From: Dimorphilus gyrociliatus
Lineage: Eukaryota; Animalia; Annelida
Assembly: GCA_904063045.1 (NCBI GenBank)
Contig: CAJFCJ010000006.1
Span: forward strand, 5,224,408 to 5,288,407
Length of the DNA stretch: 64,000 nucleotides
Direction of reading: 5' to 3'
The position numbers and the translations under genes were made by a program. Each line of letters begins with the position of its first letter. The first letter of the stretch is position 1. Under the pieces are notes generated by a model. The model worked only from the letters and a program-made list of their open reading frames with translations, ran no database searches and was not told the DNA's origin. This document shows positions 13,722 through 26,190 of this stretch, in pieces.

Positions 13722-15580
13722 TTAATTATCATTTTTATTTCTGACTTCTGCCAATTCGTCATCATCCAATATTTCATAACCATTATCTGTTGTTTCTACT
13801 TGTTGTTCATCTTCTTCACTCTCATCTTGTTTATCATCTTCATTATCTTTTTTTGTTTCTTCGGCAGTTGTTTGCTCGTCTGATTTTTCAGTTTTTTTAT
13901 TTTCTTCATCTTTCGACTTCTTATTTTTACTGTCTTCCAGTTTTTTCTTACTTGATTCAGCCAGACTATGCGAATAAAACGGTTTAAAAGATTCAAAGAA
14001 ACCACAATCCTCAGTCAGATTAGGCAGTATCCACAGATGATGTTCTCCCATCGTAGTAAGCCATACGAGAGCAAATATTATTGTACGTACTGTAAAAAAT
14101 TAAATCTCAATTATGCAAAATATATCGAAATAATTAACAAATATCTAAAAGAATACTTACAAATACATAAAACTATAAAGATGCCTATGCACACAGCAGC
14201 TGCCAACGATAAATAGTATACACCCTGTCTAACTGTTAGTGGCCAAAGTGGGTAAAGGCATACACCTATTGCCCCTAAAACCATCAATGTACCAATGACA
14301 TAAGCTTTTAGAGGTACAGGATCATATGTCCAGGCATAATACTAAAAATTAATACAATATACAATTTAATTAATATTCTTCAAACAAGAAATAACTAATT
14401 GTAATAGCATAAAGTCCATATTGTGACCTTATGGATATTGCGACTGACATAAACAAGTAAATTTATTTACATGATAATATTTTGACAGAAGGCTACGAGC
14501 TATAATACAAAGGTGAGTTTAATAAAAAAAAACCTACATTTTCTCCATCTTTAAATTCTTGAATTTCATCCAAAGCAAAGTGTATCATTTTCTTTTTCTT
14601 TTTCTTTCCGTCTTTTTTACTTTTTGAATCCTTTTTTTCTTTTTCAGTTTCGCTTTCCTCTTTGTCTTTTTTTTTACTTTTTTTTTTTGCTATTTTATTG
14701 TCCAATTCATCTTCTTTCTTCTTTGAGCGTTTCTTTTTTTCTAAACGCTGGAAAGTTTCCTTTATTAGCAACCTGAGATAGAAAAAATAAATTTTATAAT
14801 CAAGGGCTCTTCTGAAAATATGTCTTACATTATGAAGAAAATCAATAACATATTAAATAAATATGTGTCTAACATTAAATCAACTTTTTGAACTAACTTA
14901 AGTTTTGAACTCTTCAAAGAAGAGAAATAAAGAATAGTACAGAACTTCTGTTGTTTACTTTAGCAAGTGGCCTTGTTTTTTTATATCTTAAACAAAATTG
15001 TAATACTAACGTTTGACAATAATTCACGCACGACGCCCTATCAGTAAATAATATTGGTTTCTTTGACGCCCATTTTGAATCCATTAGATAGTCAACCGCA
15101 TCTTTAGCTAAAATTAAACAAAAATATTATATATATATATATATGTATATACTAATATATATATATATTCTCCGTGTGGTCAGTAATAATAAACAACCAA
15201 CCAGTAAAATAGGTAACCACCATGCCAGGAACATCGGCTATCTTTCCTTCTTTGACGGGGACATTGAATCGAAGGAACTTGGCCACTTCGGTCTCTTGCT
15301 TCGTCCGTTTGTGTTCATCCTTTAGGTGAATTGATTAGATCATGTAAAGGAGAATTAGCTATAGTCCTATATATTCGTAATTCACCATATGTGACGTGTA
15401 TTAATAATATTTTAAATTTTGGGAAAAATCCCGGATATTAAAGATACTAATTAACAGAATATCAATACTAAGACTGACTCAATCATAAGAGATAGTCGAA
15501 ATGCGTGTGTGATAATAATTAATAAATTAAATAATAGAAAAAACCTCAGATCCTTTCTTTTGTCGCTTTCTCTCCGCCAT
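13722..15580 (-). CDS. SEC62: Translocation protein SEC62 (multi-exon)
   Basis: MAERKRQKKGSE|DEHKRTKQETEVAKFLRFNVP, YFTG/KDAVDYLMDSKW, a Lys-rich loop, TM1 with the CLYPLWP motif, TM2, then LWILPNLTEDCGFFESFKPFYS and an acidic tail. Confidence 0.95.
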
Positions 15581-15804
15581 TTTTGAAAACTGGTCTCATT
15601 CTAGCTAATGCAGACGAAATAAATAGTGGGATAGTTACAGTCTAACATTTGATTTTCCTTTTCTATAGCTTTTAAGCACTAGATTGATAAATAATTGTGG
15701 AATATTAAGCGCAAAGAGCCGGTCTTCGAGATTCGGGAGACTGGCTGATGTCTGATTCTTTCCCGTATTATTAAATTTGTATCTGAGAGAGCGATAATAG
15801 AGGA

Positions 15805-18800
15805 ATGCGGATTATCAAACCCGGTTGGGTTCATCACAACAATGAACCGATTTTCTCAATCGATATTCATCCTGATGGAAGTAGATTTGCTACCTCGGGT
15901 TCAAGTAGTGGATTTGGAAGTGGTAAAATATGCGTTTGGAATATGGAACCTATTAGGAGTGAAAATGTTGAGAAGAAAGACAATGTCTCTAAGCTATTGT
16001 GTTGTATGGAACAACATTTGGGATGCGTAAATTGTGTTCGATGGTCAAATGACGGCGTCTATCTTGCCTCAGGAGCCGATGATAAAGTAATTCGATGATA
16101 ATTTTGTTTATATTTCAAATGATCTATAATTAGTATGTAGTTGTAGAATATTAGAACTAACTAGAATTATTCCATTTTGGAATATCCTTTGATTAGAAAT
16201 TATACATGTTGGCCTTATCTAATTGTTGGGAAAAAATGATTGTAGAGTACTCAAAGTAACAACTTTCTAAAACTTTTATAACAGTTTATCATAATATGGA
16301 AATTACAAGATCAAACAACTAATTATGTTGAGAATTGGCGTTGTATATCAACTCTCAGAGGACACGACGGCGATGTTCTACATGTTGCTTGGTCACCAAA
16401 AGACAAATATTTGGCATCAAGCAGTGTGGATAATGCTGTAATTGTTTGGAACGCCAATAAATTCCCGGAAAAAGTGGCAACATTAAAAAAACATAAAGGT
16501 TTAGTAAAAGGTGTTTGTTGGGATCCTCAAGGAAAGTAAGTAATATGATTCAATTTAAGAAACAATTAAAGCCTCATTTAAATAACGTTTGTGCTAATTC
16601 AATTTTCATAAACCAGCTATATTGCATCTCAATCCGACGATAAAACATTAAGAATTTTTTCTGTGGCAAACTGGACTGAAGTATTTACTCTAAAAAAACC
16701 TTTTGATGAAACTTCGCCAACAACGCATGTTCTTCGTTTGGATTGGTCACCTGACGGAGCTTATGTAGTGTCTGCACATTCAATGAATAATGGCGGGCCA
16801 ACAGCTCAGATTATTGATCGAAACGGATGGACAACCAACTTAGATTTCGTTGGCCATAGAAAAGCTGTTACGGCTGTACGGTTCAAAAGGTTTTTATTGT
16901 TTCATTTCTTTATTTTAATATTCCAAAAGATTCTATTCCATTTTCTATTTAAAAAAAGCTTAACTTTTAACAAATATTTCTTAATAAATACAGGGATAAA
17001 TTTAAAGGAGACCATTGCGTTCTAGCTTTAGCTTCAAGAGACCGAAGCGTTTCAGTTTGGAGAACAGATTACACGAGGCCAGTATGCGTTATGCATGACT
17101 TGTTCAATGCCAGTGTTCTAGATGTCTCATGGGGATATGGTAATAACAAGGAGTTAGCTTGTTGCTCTTCAGATGGGAGCGTCGCTTTCTTTACATTTAC
17201 AACTGATGAAATTGGAAAACCAATTGTAAAGAAAATCTTGAGCGTCGAAAAACCAATAAAGAAAATTGAACCAGAAAAAATAGAAAAAGTCAGAGCATTA
17301 TCTACTTCGTCTCAGAGTTGTTCACCAAAAAAACAAATTGAAAGGCATACGGCTGAAGGTCGGCGACGTATAACTCCAGTATTACTAGGACGCCCAGGAG
17401 ATACTCTTACTTATGATAAACCTATGTTTTCGTCAACAACGGAATCTTCTCAAATTATCGTTGAGAGAAGGAATTCTGAAGGTCCTAGAGGACAATCATC
17501 TAAACGTCGGTGCTCTTGTGGGGACGATGAACATTTAAGGAAGAGGCCAAGATTAGATTCTGAAGTTACTCACAAAGTCGTCGTATGTTCTGACAAGTCA
17601 AGCTTTTTGCAACCAGCGTCATTAGAAAAGTTTGATTTTGGTGATTGGAAAATAATAGAAAGTTCCGTTAGCATAGATGGATTATTCTTTTTAACGAAAT
17701 TTAGGAGCGAAGTTAAAGGATTAGATTCGTTACTTACTTCCGCATCAAAGCTCATCTCACTTAAACAGATAAGAGATAACATTGTTTGTTGCTTCTTTTT
17801 GAGTGGCCAATGTTGCATATGGGATTTATTAGAAGAAAGTAACATTGGACTTGCCTATTCATTCAGTCTGCCTGTACATGCTGTTGAATTTTATGAAAAG
17901 AAGCAAACTCTAGCTGTAATTGATATTGGTGGAAATCTCTATTTGATGAGCGTAGAAAGTTAGTATTCTCTTTTCTTACTTGGATTTTCTAATAATTAAG
18001 TTGTACTTTTCAAAAATTTTAGATCGGGGAAATGAAATAGATTTACATTTCAATAGAAAGATTGAATCTGCTCATATATTTGTTGAAAAGAAGAAACGAT
18101 GTCAGAATATTGAATTATTAGACGAAGGTTCTATCAGATTAACGTTCAGTGATCGTTCGATATATATCCACGATTCAATTTCGAATCTATGGCGTCCTGA
18201 GGTTGAAAATGACATTTTATCAGTTAGCAATAAATACTCAACGTTCTACGATGGACGACCTTCTCATATGGCTGCTGTCTCCGATTTGAGAAGGAAGTTA
18301 CAATATTGCTTATACAAAAAGGAATCTGAATCATATATATTTTATTTCAATTGTCTCATTACCGAGCTGGTTGTAGAAAAGAAGGAAAGTGTTTTAAAAC
18401 AGTATGTTAATAAGAATTTGATGCCTTTCGCTTACGCCAACTATCCGAAAGAATTAAGAATGGTAGAGAACTTGAATGTCGATAAAAGAATGTTACTGCA
18501 ATGTGTCTTGAGAATTTTAGAAGAATTCGGTACAATGAGAGATTTATATGAATATATAAAAAGAATCTATGATGGAATGAATTACGACATAGATATGGAA
18601 GAGGATGTTAGTGAGGTGGAAAAGAATGTTAAGAAAGTAATTCAATTCTTAAAAAATGGTAACACCAGCATTGAAGAACTTCGAGCTCAAATGGTTGGCA
18701 AAATTCAAGAAGCATCTATGGAAACTGAGGAAAGCTGTGATGTGTTTGAAAGTTACACAAGTCAACCTGCCGATAAAGCTGAGAAAACAAGCGGTGAGAT

Positions 18801-19425
18801 GAGCGTTAGTGATATGGAAACTAGCTTAGATAAACAAACCGAAACTGTTTCGAAGAATGAGACTAATTTAGTTAAAGAAACAGATAAATCTGCCGAACAG
18901 GAAAAGACTGTCATTGAAAAGAGCATCGATATTGAGAAAATGGGAGAGGACTCAAGTTCAGAGGAAGCAAAGACATCGCACACTACTAATACCAATACTA
19001 CCACTACTACTACTACCACTGCTAGTACTGACGAAGAAGATCAAACTGTTCAAGTTGTTCTTGATGAGCTCATTAAGAATATTGAAGAGAGAAAAACTGG
19101 AGATGATCACACATATCATAAATCTGCTTTAGAAAATCCTATCGTAGAACAAATTATATTGGATGACGAATCCGAGTCAAAAAGTGACTCTTCTCAAGAT
19201 ATTTTAAAGAAGATTATAGTTACAGTTGAAGAGGAAGATGAAACTTCACCAAGAATCGAAGACGACATTGTATGCGATGAAGAAATGGGCGAAATTATTC
19301 AAACTGAAGAAGTTGAAAATACAAAAGAGATGTCAGTTTTATGCCCAGAAATTGAAAGCGAATCGTTAGACATGAATGATAAAGATACAGTAAATGAACC
19401 GTCGATATCTGTGATAAAAAATTAG
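15805..19425 (+). CDS. HIRA: Histone H3.3 chaperone HIRA (multi-exon) with an extended acidic C-terminal tail
   Basis: MRIIKPGWVHHNNEPIFSIDIHPDGSRFAT; WD40 repeats (HLGCVNCVRWS, LRGHDGDVLHVAWSP, HVLRLDWSPDG, DFVGHRKAVTAV); B-domain KQIERHTAEGRRRITP. ORF 17980-19425 joins by a short intron (about 17961-18021) and carries the HIRA-like C-terminal helices. Confidence 0.9.
18983..19029 (+). repeat. Imperfect (ACT/ACC)n trinucleotide repeat encoding a Thr-rich tract in the HIRA tail
   Basis: actactaataccaatactaccactactactactaccactgctagtact encodes TTNTNTTTTTTTTAST. Confidence 0.75.
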
Positions 19426-19813
19426 TATAGACTACAGCAGCTCTTTTATCTTTTTTTTTTATTATATCAATAAGTTTCATAAGGAGACCATTTTTCCACG
19501 TTTTCTTTTTTTCGATTAATTTATTATATTACCTATATGATTTTTTTTCTAATTTATACAATACATAGTTTTACTGTTAGCATACAAATCATAACGTGAT
19601 GTTAGAGAGTATCAATGTTGTCAAGAATATTACGTGTCTTACATTATTACTAAACATTTCTACATAAACCATTTATTACATAACTAATATGATGATTTAA
19701 TATATTCATTAATATTTTTAAAATTCAGTATATTCTGTATATATTTAAAAAAAAATAACAAAAGAAATAATAAAACCTTTTAAGGAATTGTTTAACTTCT
19801 ATTCAATGAACAT

Positions 19814-20814
19814 ATGGGAATTTATTCCGATAATAAGGGGAAGAGTGATAAGAAACAACGTAAAAAGTATGAAATATTAAAGGAATACGGTATTGCCTTA
19901 AAGAAAACAATAGGAAAAGGAAGTTACGCAATAGTTAAATTAGCCTTTTCCAGTGAATTAAATTTCGATGTTGCAGTTCGAATAGTATCACTTGAGAGAG
20001 CTGGTCGTAAAGTACGCGAGAAGTTCTTACCAAGAGAATTAGACATAGTTAAAATTCTGAATCATCCCAATATCGTATTCTATTATCAAATAATCAAAAC
20101 CAATTTGAATGTTTATGTAATCATGGAATACGCTGGTGATATAAATTTACGAGATGAATTGGAAAAACATAAATTCTTTGAAGAATGGAAAGCGGGAGAC
20201 TTTTTTATTCAAATTACAGGTTTTTTCTTTTATCTGCATCGTTTTCATTCTTAGCATGCTTTATAAAACAGATATAATTCCATATTGCAGATGGAGTTTT
20301 CTATCTCCATGAATTGGGTGTAGCACATCGCGATTTAAAAACAGAAAATATCCTATTGGATGAAAGAGGGAGGATAAAAATAACTGACTTTGGATTTTCC
20401 AGGTTTAGCGAAAGGTTACTCGACGGTACATACGAATTAAGTAAAACTTTCTGCGGTAGCTATTCTTTTGCTGCTTATGAAATTCTTTGCGGTACACCCT
20501 ACTTTCCACTACCAGCTGATATTTGGAGTTTAGGTGTTATTTTGTATAATATGGTCGAAGGTCATTTACCATTCGAAGAGACAAATTTACATCATTTAAT
20601 TAAAGCAATTGAAAAAAAAGGCGCAGTCTTTGCTGTTGATAAAGGCTCTAAAGACTATATTAGCGTAGTTAAAGGTATGTTAGCTATCAAATATGAAAAT
20701 AGGTACACAATAGAAGAAGTTTTGCAATCAAATTTTATTAAAAAACACAAACAAAGAATTGCTATTGAAAGTACAGATACGCAAAATGTTGATGAGCAAT
20801 CTTATATATCTTAA
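19814..20814 (+). CDS. Testis-specific serine/threonine kinase family protein (2 exons; beta-3 Lys replaced by Arg)
   Basis: IGKGSYAIVKLA, the TSSK signature KFLPRELDIVKILNHPNI, HRDLKTENILL, DFGFSR, LSKTFCGS and DIWSLGVILYNMV. Intron 20221-20290 (phase 1). Confidence 0.85.
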
Positions 20815-21040
20815 TAGTCTGAAGAACTTTTATTACAGCTGGTGTCTAAGGATAATTAACTAATTATTACTCTTACTGTCTATTTTTCTTACTTAATAAA
20901 TTCATTGAATAAACAATATAGAGTAATTTCTCTGAGATTGTCTCGTTTTCGTTAGCCAATCAACATTGAAATAAATATTTTAAAGGCCTACGTTCTTAGT
21001 TGTACAACATTCGATTAGTTTTTTTTTTTGTAGAGATATA

Positions 21041-21715
21041 ATGTCATTGGTCAATAGAATGAGAAATATTGTCTTGATTGGAGACTCCCTTACCCAACAA
21101 GCCTGGAACGAGAACGCTGGTGGAGGCTGGGGAGCAAAGATAGCTGATTATTGTCTAAGGAATTTTGATGTTTTAAATAGGGGACTAAGTGGATATAATA
21201 CAAGGTGGGTGGAGACCGCCATTTTAGAAGAAAAAGATTCATTTATTACGAAATCTATGCTGAACAATGCAGTCTTGGTGACATTGTTTTTCGGAGCAAA
21301 TGACGCAAGTACGGAGGTACAGCATGTACCACTAGAAGAATTTAAAGAGAATTTAGTCAAGTATGGAGAGTATATAAAGAATCATGCACCGTCAGCAACT
21401 CTTGTTCTCCTGACTCCTCCTCCAGTCATAACCAAACTTTGGCCCAATAGAAATAATGAAAATGCATTAAAATATTCAAAAGCAGTTATAGAGGCATCTA
21501 ATGTCCTAGAATGTCCTTGCCTGGATGTTTACTCAAGCATGATAAAATTGGACAACTGGCAAGAATGCTTATATGATGGTATTCATTTAGCGCCAAAAGG
21601 TGGCGATATCATATTTAACTTAATTAAACCAATCCTAAAAGAGTTGTTGAAAAAATATCCAAACAAGATTCTCCCAGATTGGAAAGATTTTGCCAATTTA
21701 CCACTAACAGAGTAG
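21041..21715 (+). CDS. IAH1: SGNH/GDSL hydrolase, isoamyl acetate-hydrolysing esterase 1-like (intronless)
   Basis: Block I IGDSLTQ, block II NRGLSGYNTRW, block III FFGANDA and block V DGIHL are all intact. Confidence 0.9.
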   Translation: MSLVNRMRNIVLIGDSLTQQAWNENAGGGWGAKIADYCLRNFDVLNRGLSGYNTRWVETAILEEKDSFITKSMLNNAVLVTLFFGANDASTEVQHVPLEEFKENLVKYGEYIKNHAPSATLVLLTPPPVITKLWPNRNNENALKYSKAVIEASNVLECPCLDVYSSMIKLDNWQECLYDGIHLAPKGGDIIFNLIKPILKELLKKYPNKILPDWKDFANLPLTE

Positions 21716-22119
21716 AGTTATCTGTTCGTTTATTGAACAATATGAATCAATAAACATAATTAGGTGAATCGATATTAGCAGGAAAGAGAAGTGAAAAATA
21801 AAGGGTAAAAAAAACTGGAATACAACTGCAATACATTAGTTTTTTTACTCCGTTTATTTAATACAAAGGTTTATTCTGTATTGAATTATTAATTTTTCTT
21901 TTGTATTAATTGTTGACATTTGTATATAGAAAATGTATAAATCTTAACTATAGATTGGAGCTACTAACGTTTCTTTTCTTCTTGTGCGTACAAAACAGGC
22001 ACAGAGAAAATTACAGATACTAATAACGTTAAATAACAAAATAAAGATAAATATAATAGTGAAGGCTTCATCCATTGACAAGAGTCATTACCTCACTTCC
22101 ATTGACTTTATTTTAAATT

Positions 22120-23959
22120 TCATTCCAAATCTGATCTAGGATTAAGTTTTACGTAGAGTCCATTCATTGCTTTACTTACAATTGAGAATTTATACACTGA
22201 CGGCTTTTCCGGATCAGTTTCTAATCTGAACCTGAAAAGTTAAGAGATAGTGGATGATTAAGAGAAAATATATTAATTATTATATTTACTTTCTTAAAAC
22301 TTTCGATATTACTATTTTCAATTCATTCATTGCGAAATTCTGACCTATACAGTTTCTTGGTCCAGCGGAGAAAGCAACAAAGCTGAATGGATCTTTTTTC
22401 TTGGTATTTTCTAGTAAAAACCTATCAGGATCAAATTCTAAAGGATTTTCCCAAACTGTAGTATTATTGTGTATTTCATAGATATGTATAGACACAGGAG
22501 AATTGTGAGGGACTTCCACCCCAGTTATATCTAAAGAGCCATCGATACGCCGTTGTATGACAGGTACTGGAGGTACCCTACGCAAAGATTCCTTAATGCA
22601 CCTTGTAAGATATTCCATTTTAGTTAGGTCTGACCAAACAATATCATCGTCGTCTTTGTCGGTAAATATCTTATCAATCTCTGCTCTGCATTTTTCTTGA
22701 ATTTCCGGATACTGAGCCAATTGATATAGAGTCCACGATAAAGCGCTGGATGTTGTATCATGACCCGCGAATAAAAATGTATCAACTTCAGCTCTAATTT
22801 CCTTATCGGTTAGGCCAGTGCCACTGTCATCTCTAGCCAACAGGAGAATGTCCAATAAGTCTTTATATTTTCTCGTTGATGGAGTATTAGTTTTCAAAGC
22901 TTGTCTTCTTACTCTTACAATATCGTCAGTGATACCATGAACATAATTGCATAATGAGCGAAATTTAAACCCAGATGGTGATAGGTTAAATATAAAATCA
23001 CTATAAAGAAACGGATTGCTGAAAATAAAAACCACTAGATATTTTTGTCTGATAATTGAAATGAAAGGAAACTTTAATATATACAGTGCTCTATTCATCC
23101 ATAGATCTTGTAATTTAATGACAGCTTCTAAATAGGGATGTTTCTCGCTACATGGAAAACATAATCAATTTAAATTACTAATTTGCCTTTATCACAAACC
23201 CGAGCTCTTGTACAGGTGTTTCGTATGACATAGTAGTTCTTAGCATAATATCTAAGCTTAACATGCTTAGGGCTGAAAATATTTCAAAGCTCTCATGCGA
23301 ATTTTTTGACATTTTGCTCTGGTTTAATAAAAACACAGAATGAATCATTTAATAGGTAATTTTTACCGTATGGCTTACTAATAGTTTATCGACAGCCTCA
23401 TTTTTAACTTTAAGATAGCTCTTTAATATATCATAATGAAATGCTGGAGTGAGCAATTTTCTATTTCTCTTCCAAATATCACCTCCTGAATTTAATAGAC
23501 CATTACCCAACCAGGGTTCGCCCATTCGATAAACTCCATTGCAAAGCATAGATTTAGGATTAGCCGTATTAAATAAAACCTTTGCCGTTTCGGGATGGGA
23601 TAAAATTAATTCTGGACAAAATACTGACATCCACTCTTGTCTCCATTTCGGGTATTTGTGTACTTTTTCCCTATACCTTTTCAATACTCTCTCGTCTAGC
23701 TCATCAGGCCACTTTGAATAGAGAGAGAAATGAAAATTTAAAATTATAGAACGTTCTCAAATATGGTAATATTCTTTTATACCTCTCGTAATTGTCCAAA
23801 AAGCCAATGACCTCTATTTCCAGGTATTTGTTTAAGCGTTTTTCTTAGGCGTTTGGTGTAACAGTAAATTTCGAAAAAGTCATACATCACGATGACAAAC
23901 GGTGAAGCAGCGCAGGCAAAAGCCGCTAATATTGAGTAATGAATTAAAGATAGTTTCAT
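22120..23959 (-). CDS. Cytochrome P450, CYP4 clan (4 exons)
   Basis: N-terminal membrane anchor; WKRNRKLLTPAFH, DLLDILL, I-helix EVDTFLFAGHDTT, K-helix KESLR, FDPDRF and the heme motif FSAGPRNCIG. Confidence 0.93.
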
Positions 23960-24228
23960 CGTAACTTGTCAGCTAGTCATAGCATTTCAGGACTTAATAT
24001 AACAGTCCTCTAGCAGACATGTTTATATTGCATAAAAGAGGTCACCACCGTCATTTTTACTCATTGATAAGAATTTATAACGTATTATATAGTTAATATA
24101 TAACGATTTCGTCGTAGCAAATGTATTTCGAAAAGTACTAATTCATAAATAAGTAATTAGGAATATAAATGATAAAAAAAAATGACTTTATAGTTTTTAA
24201 AAGTACATTCAATAAATCCATTAATTTT

Positions 24229-26190
24229 TTATTTGGTTCTTGTTAGTTTACAAAAGTATACGGGGCCGAAATTAGCAGACGGATAAGGTAATACTAATTG
24301 TCCGTATTTACAAGTTTTATGAAACCAGAAATACTTTCCAAATTTAGTGACTAATCGACTTAAATCATGAATCATGAACTCCAGGTCAGTTTCAAGAAAT
24401 TGTTGTAAAGTGGCTTGAATAACGCCATCATTTTGAGCTTGAGATAATGTGGTAGTAGTGTATACTAATGATCCGCCAACTTTTAGCATCTTTAGGGAAA
24501 GACTGAAAAGAAAATGAATAGAAAAATAAAATAGTCTAATTGGTTAATTAATTAATTAATTAATTAAAACAATATTATACAGTAGTGTTTCAAAAATGTT
24601 GTTGAATTATTCATACGATATAGCTATTTGTACAAACAATAAAGATTCGAATTTCGAGTACATTTGTAAAATTTCAAGTTAAGTTCAGTAAACTGTCAGA
24701 ACTAAAGACTAGGAAAAGATACCACCTGTCTATTTAATGTGTAATAATTAAAATGGTAAAGATAGATATAGGCAGATAGATTGATAGATATAGACAGCTA
24801 AAAACCAAAAAAAAGCATATATATGTTGAAACTTACCATAGCATTTCGGATTGTATTTCAGTTAACTCCAGTCTTTCGGACTGCTTTACGCCCGTAAACA
24901 TATTCATATTAGGACTTGTTACAGAAAGTCTATCACTATTACAAGGTACGTCAAGAAGTATCTGTTTTTATAGAAATCACAAGTTCTTTTTCTCAATAAT
25001 CGTCTTATATGATTAAAAGTTTGTACATACTTTATCAAAGTGTATATTATTTCGATATCTATCATAAAATCTGAATAAATCTACATGATGAGTTGAAATT
25101 TTATCTTTATAATTTGATAAAAAGAATTGAAACGATGAACGCAAATTTCTCATGTTTAAGTACGATCTATCAACACTATGTATCTGCTCTATAGTCAATA
25201 GAAAATATAATTATCTAATTAATATATATTAATTAAAATAAACCTGGCATTAGTGATTGTAACATAATCATTGATTTACCACCGCTACCGCAACAGAAAT
25301 CTCCAACAACTTCTTCGGGCTGTAGGTCCAATGCGAATACTGGTAATAAGGCTCCACCATCGATTAAAATATAATCTAAAAGTATTTTAGATATTTAATA
25401 ATTATGTTTTCATTTATTAGTAAAATTGTTTTATACCTAAATATCCGTTAGAGCTCTTTGTCGGTGGTTCGAACATTGTTGGTACTCCTTTTTCGAATGA
25501 AAATGCGTTAATAAACTTTGGCAGTTCTTCATTTGAAAAGATTATTTGAACTTCTGACTGATCTCCTTGAAATGTATTCTTTGCCATTTCTTCTTCTTCT
25601 AGAGATTCTCTTTCGGATAATACTCTTGTTGTTGGCATAAATTGTTGTAGATTAAGAGAATCATCCTGACCAAATCTTTTTACTTCATCCTCTTCGGCTA
25701 TTGGCTCAAATGTATCTTGAACTTGTTTGTCTTCATTTAAACTCAATGTAGGGCTACCAATTTTTCCGTAATAACTGTTTTTCTCTTCTCTTGCAAGTTG
25801 CGTAAAGTCGACTGACCCTAATTCCCATAATTTGTCTATAGTTGCTGACGGGTTACCAAAATTATTAACGAGAGCACACTGCTTTGGTTGAGACAATAGC
25901 CCAACTCTTAATGTTGGCCACAATTCATTAAAGTCTTTTGAATAGTATACATCAAAGTGTCTTAAAGCTTTTTCAATTACAGTTTGCTGAGGATTCGTCC
26001 TGGCCTATAAAGAAATTCCTATTTTATCACTCAGAGATTTTACAATTTATGCCACTCACGTAATTTGTTTTAAATCTATAACGTTTAAAGAAGAGAGATA
26101 TTTTTTTAGTTGACTGTCTAGTTTGATTATAAAATAAAGATGTATTCATATTAACAAATGATCAAAGGCACGTGTTTGATAACGCAACAT
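24229..26190 (-). CDS. NSUN4: NSUN4-type mitochondrial rRNA m5C methyltransferase homologue (motif VI Cys absent)
   Basis: KALRHFDVYYSKDFNELWPTLRVGLLSQPKQCALVNNF, YYILIDGGALLPVFALDLQP, motif IV ILLDVPCNSDR, GGSLVYTTTTLSQAQNDGV and the C-terminal NFGPVYFCKL. Proposed start MLRYQTRAF (26190), with a 16-nt exon at 26075-26060. Confidence 0.9.

Noticed and set aside
17980-19425. 481-aa ORF as a separate orphan gene
   Set aside because: It starts at TTG inside an intron-like tract, joins the upstream HIRA exon by a short GT-AG intron, and contains HIRA-like terminal helices.
24544-24567. (TTAA)n run that might mark a piggyBac-type site
   Set aside because: A simple tandem repeat in an intron, with no flanking inverted repeats or transposase remnant.
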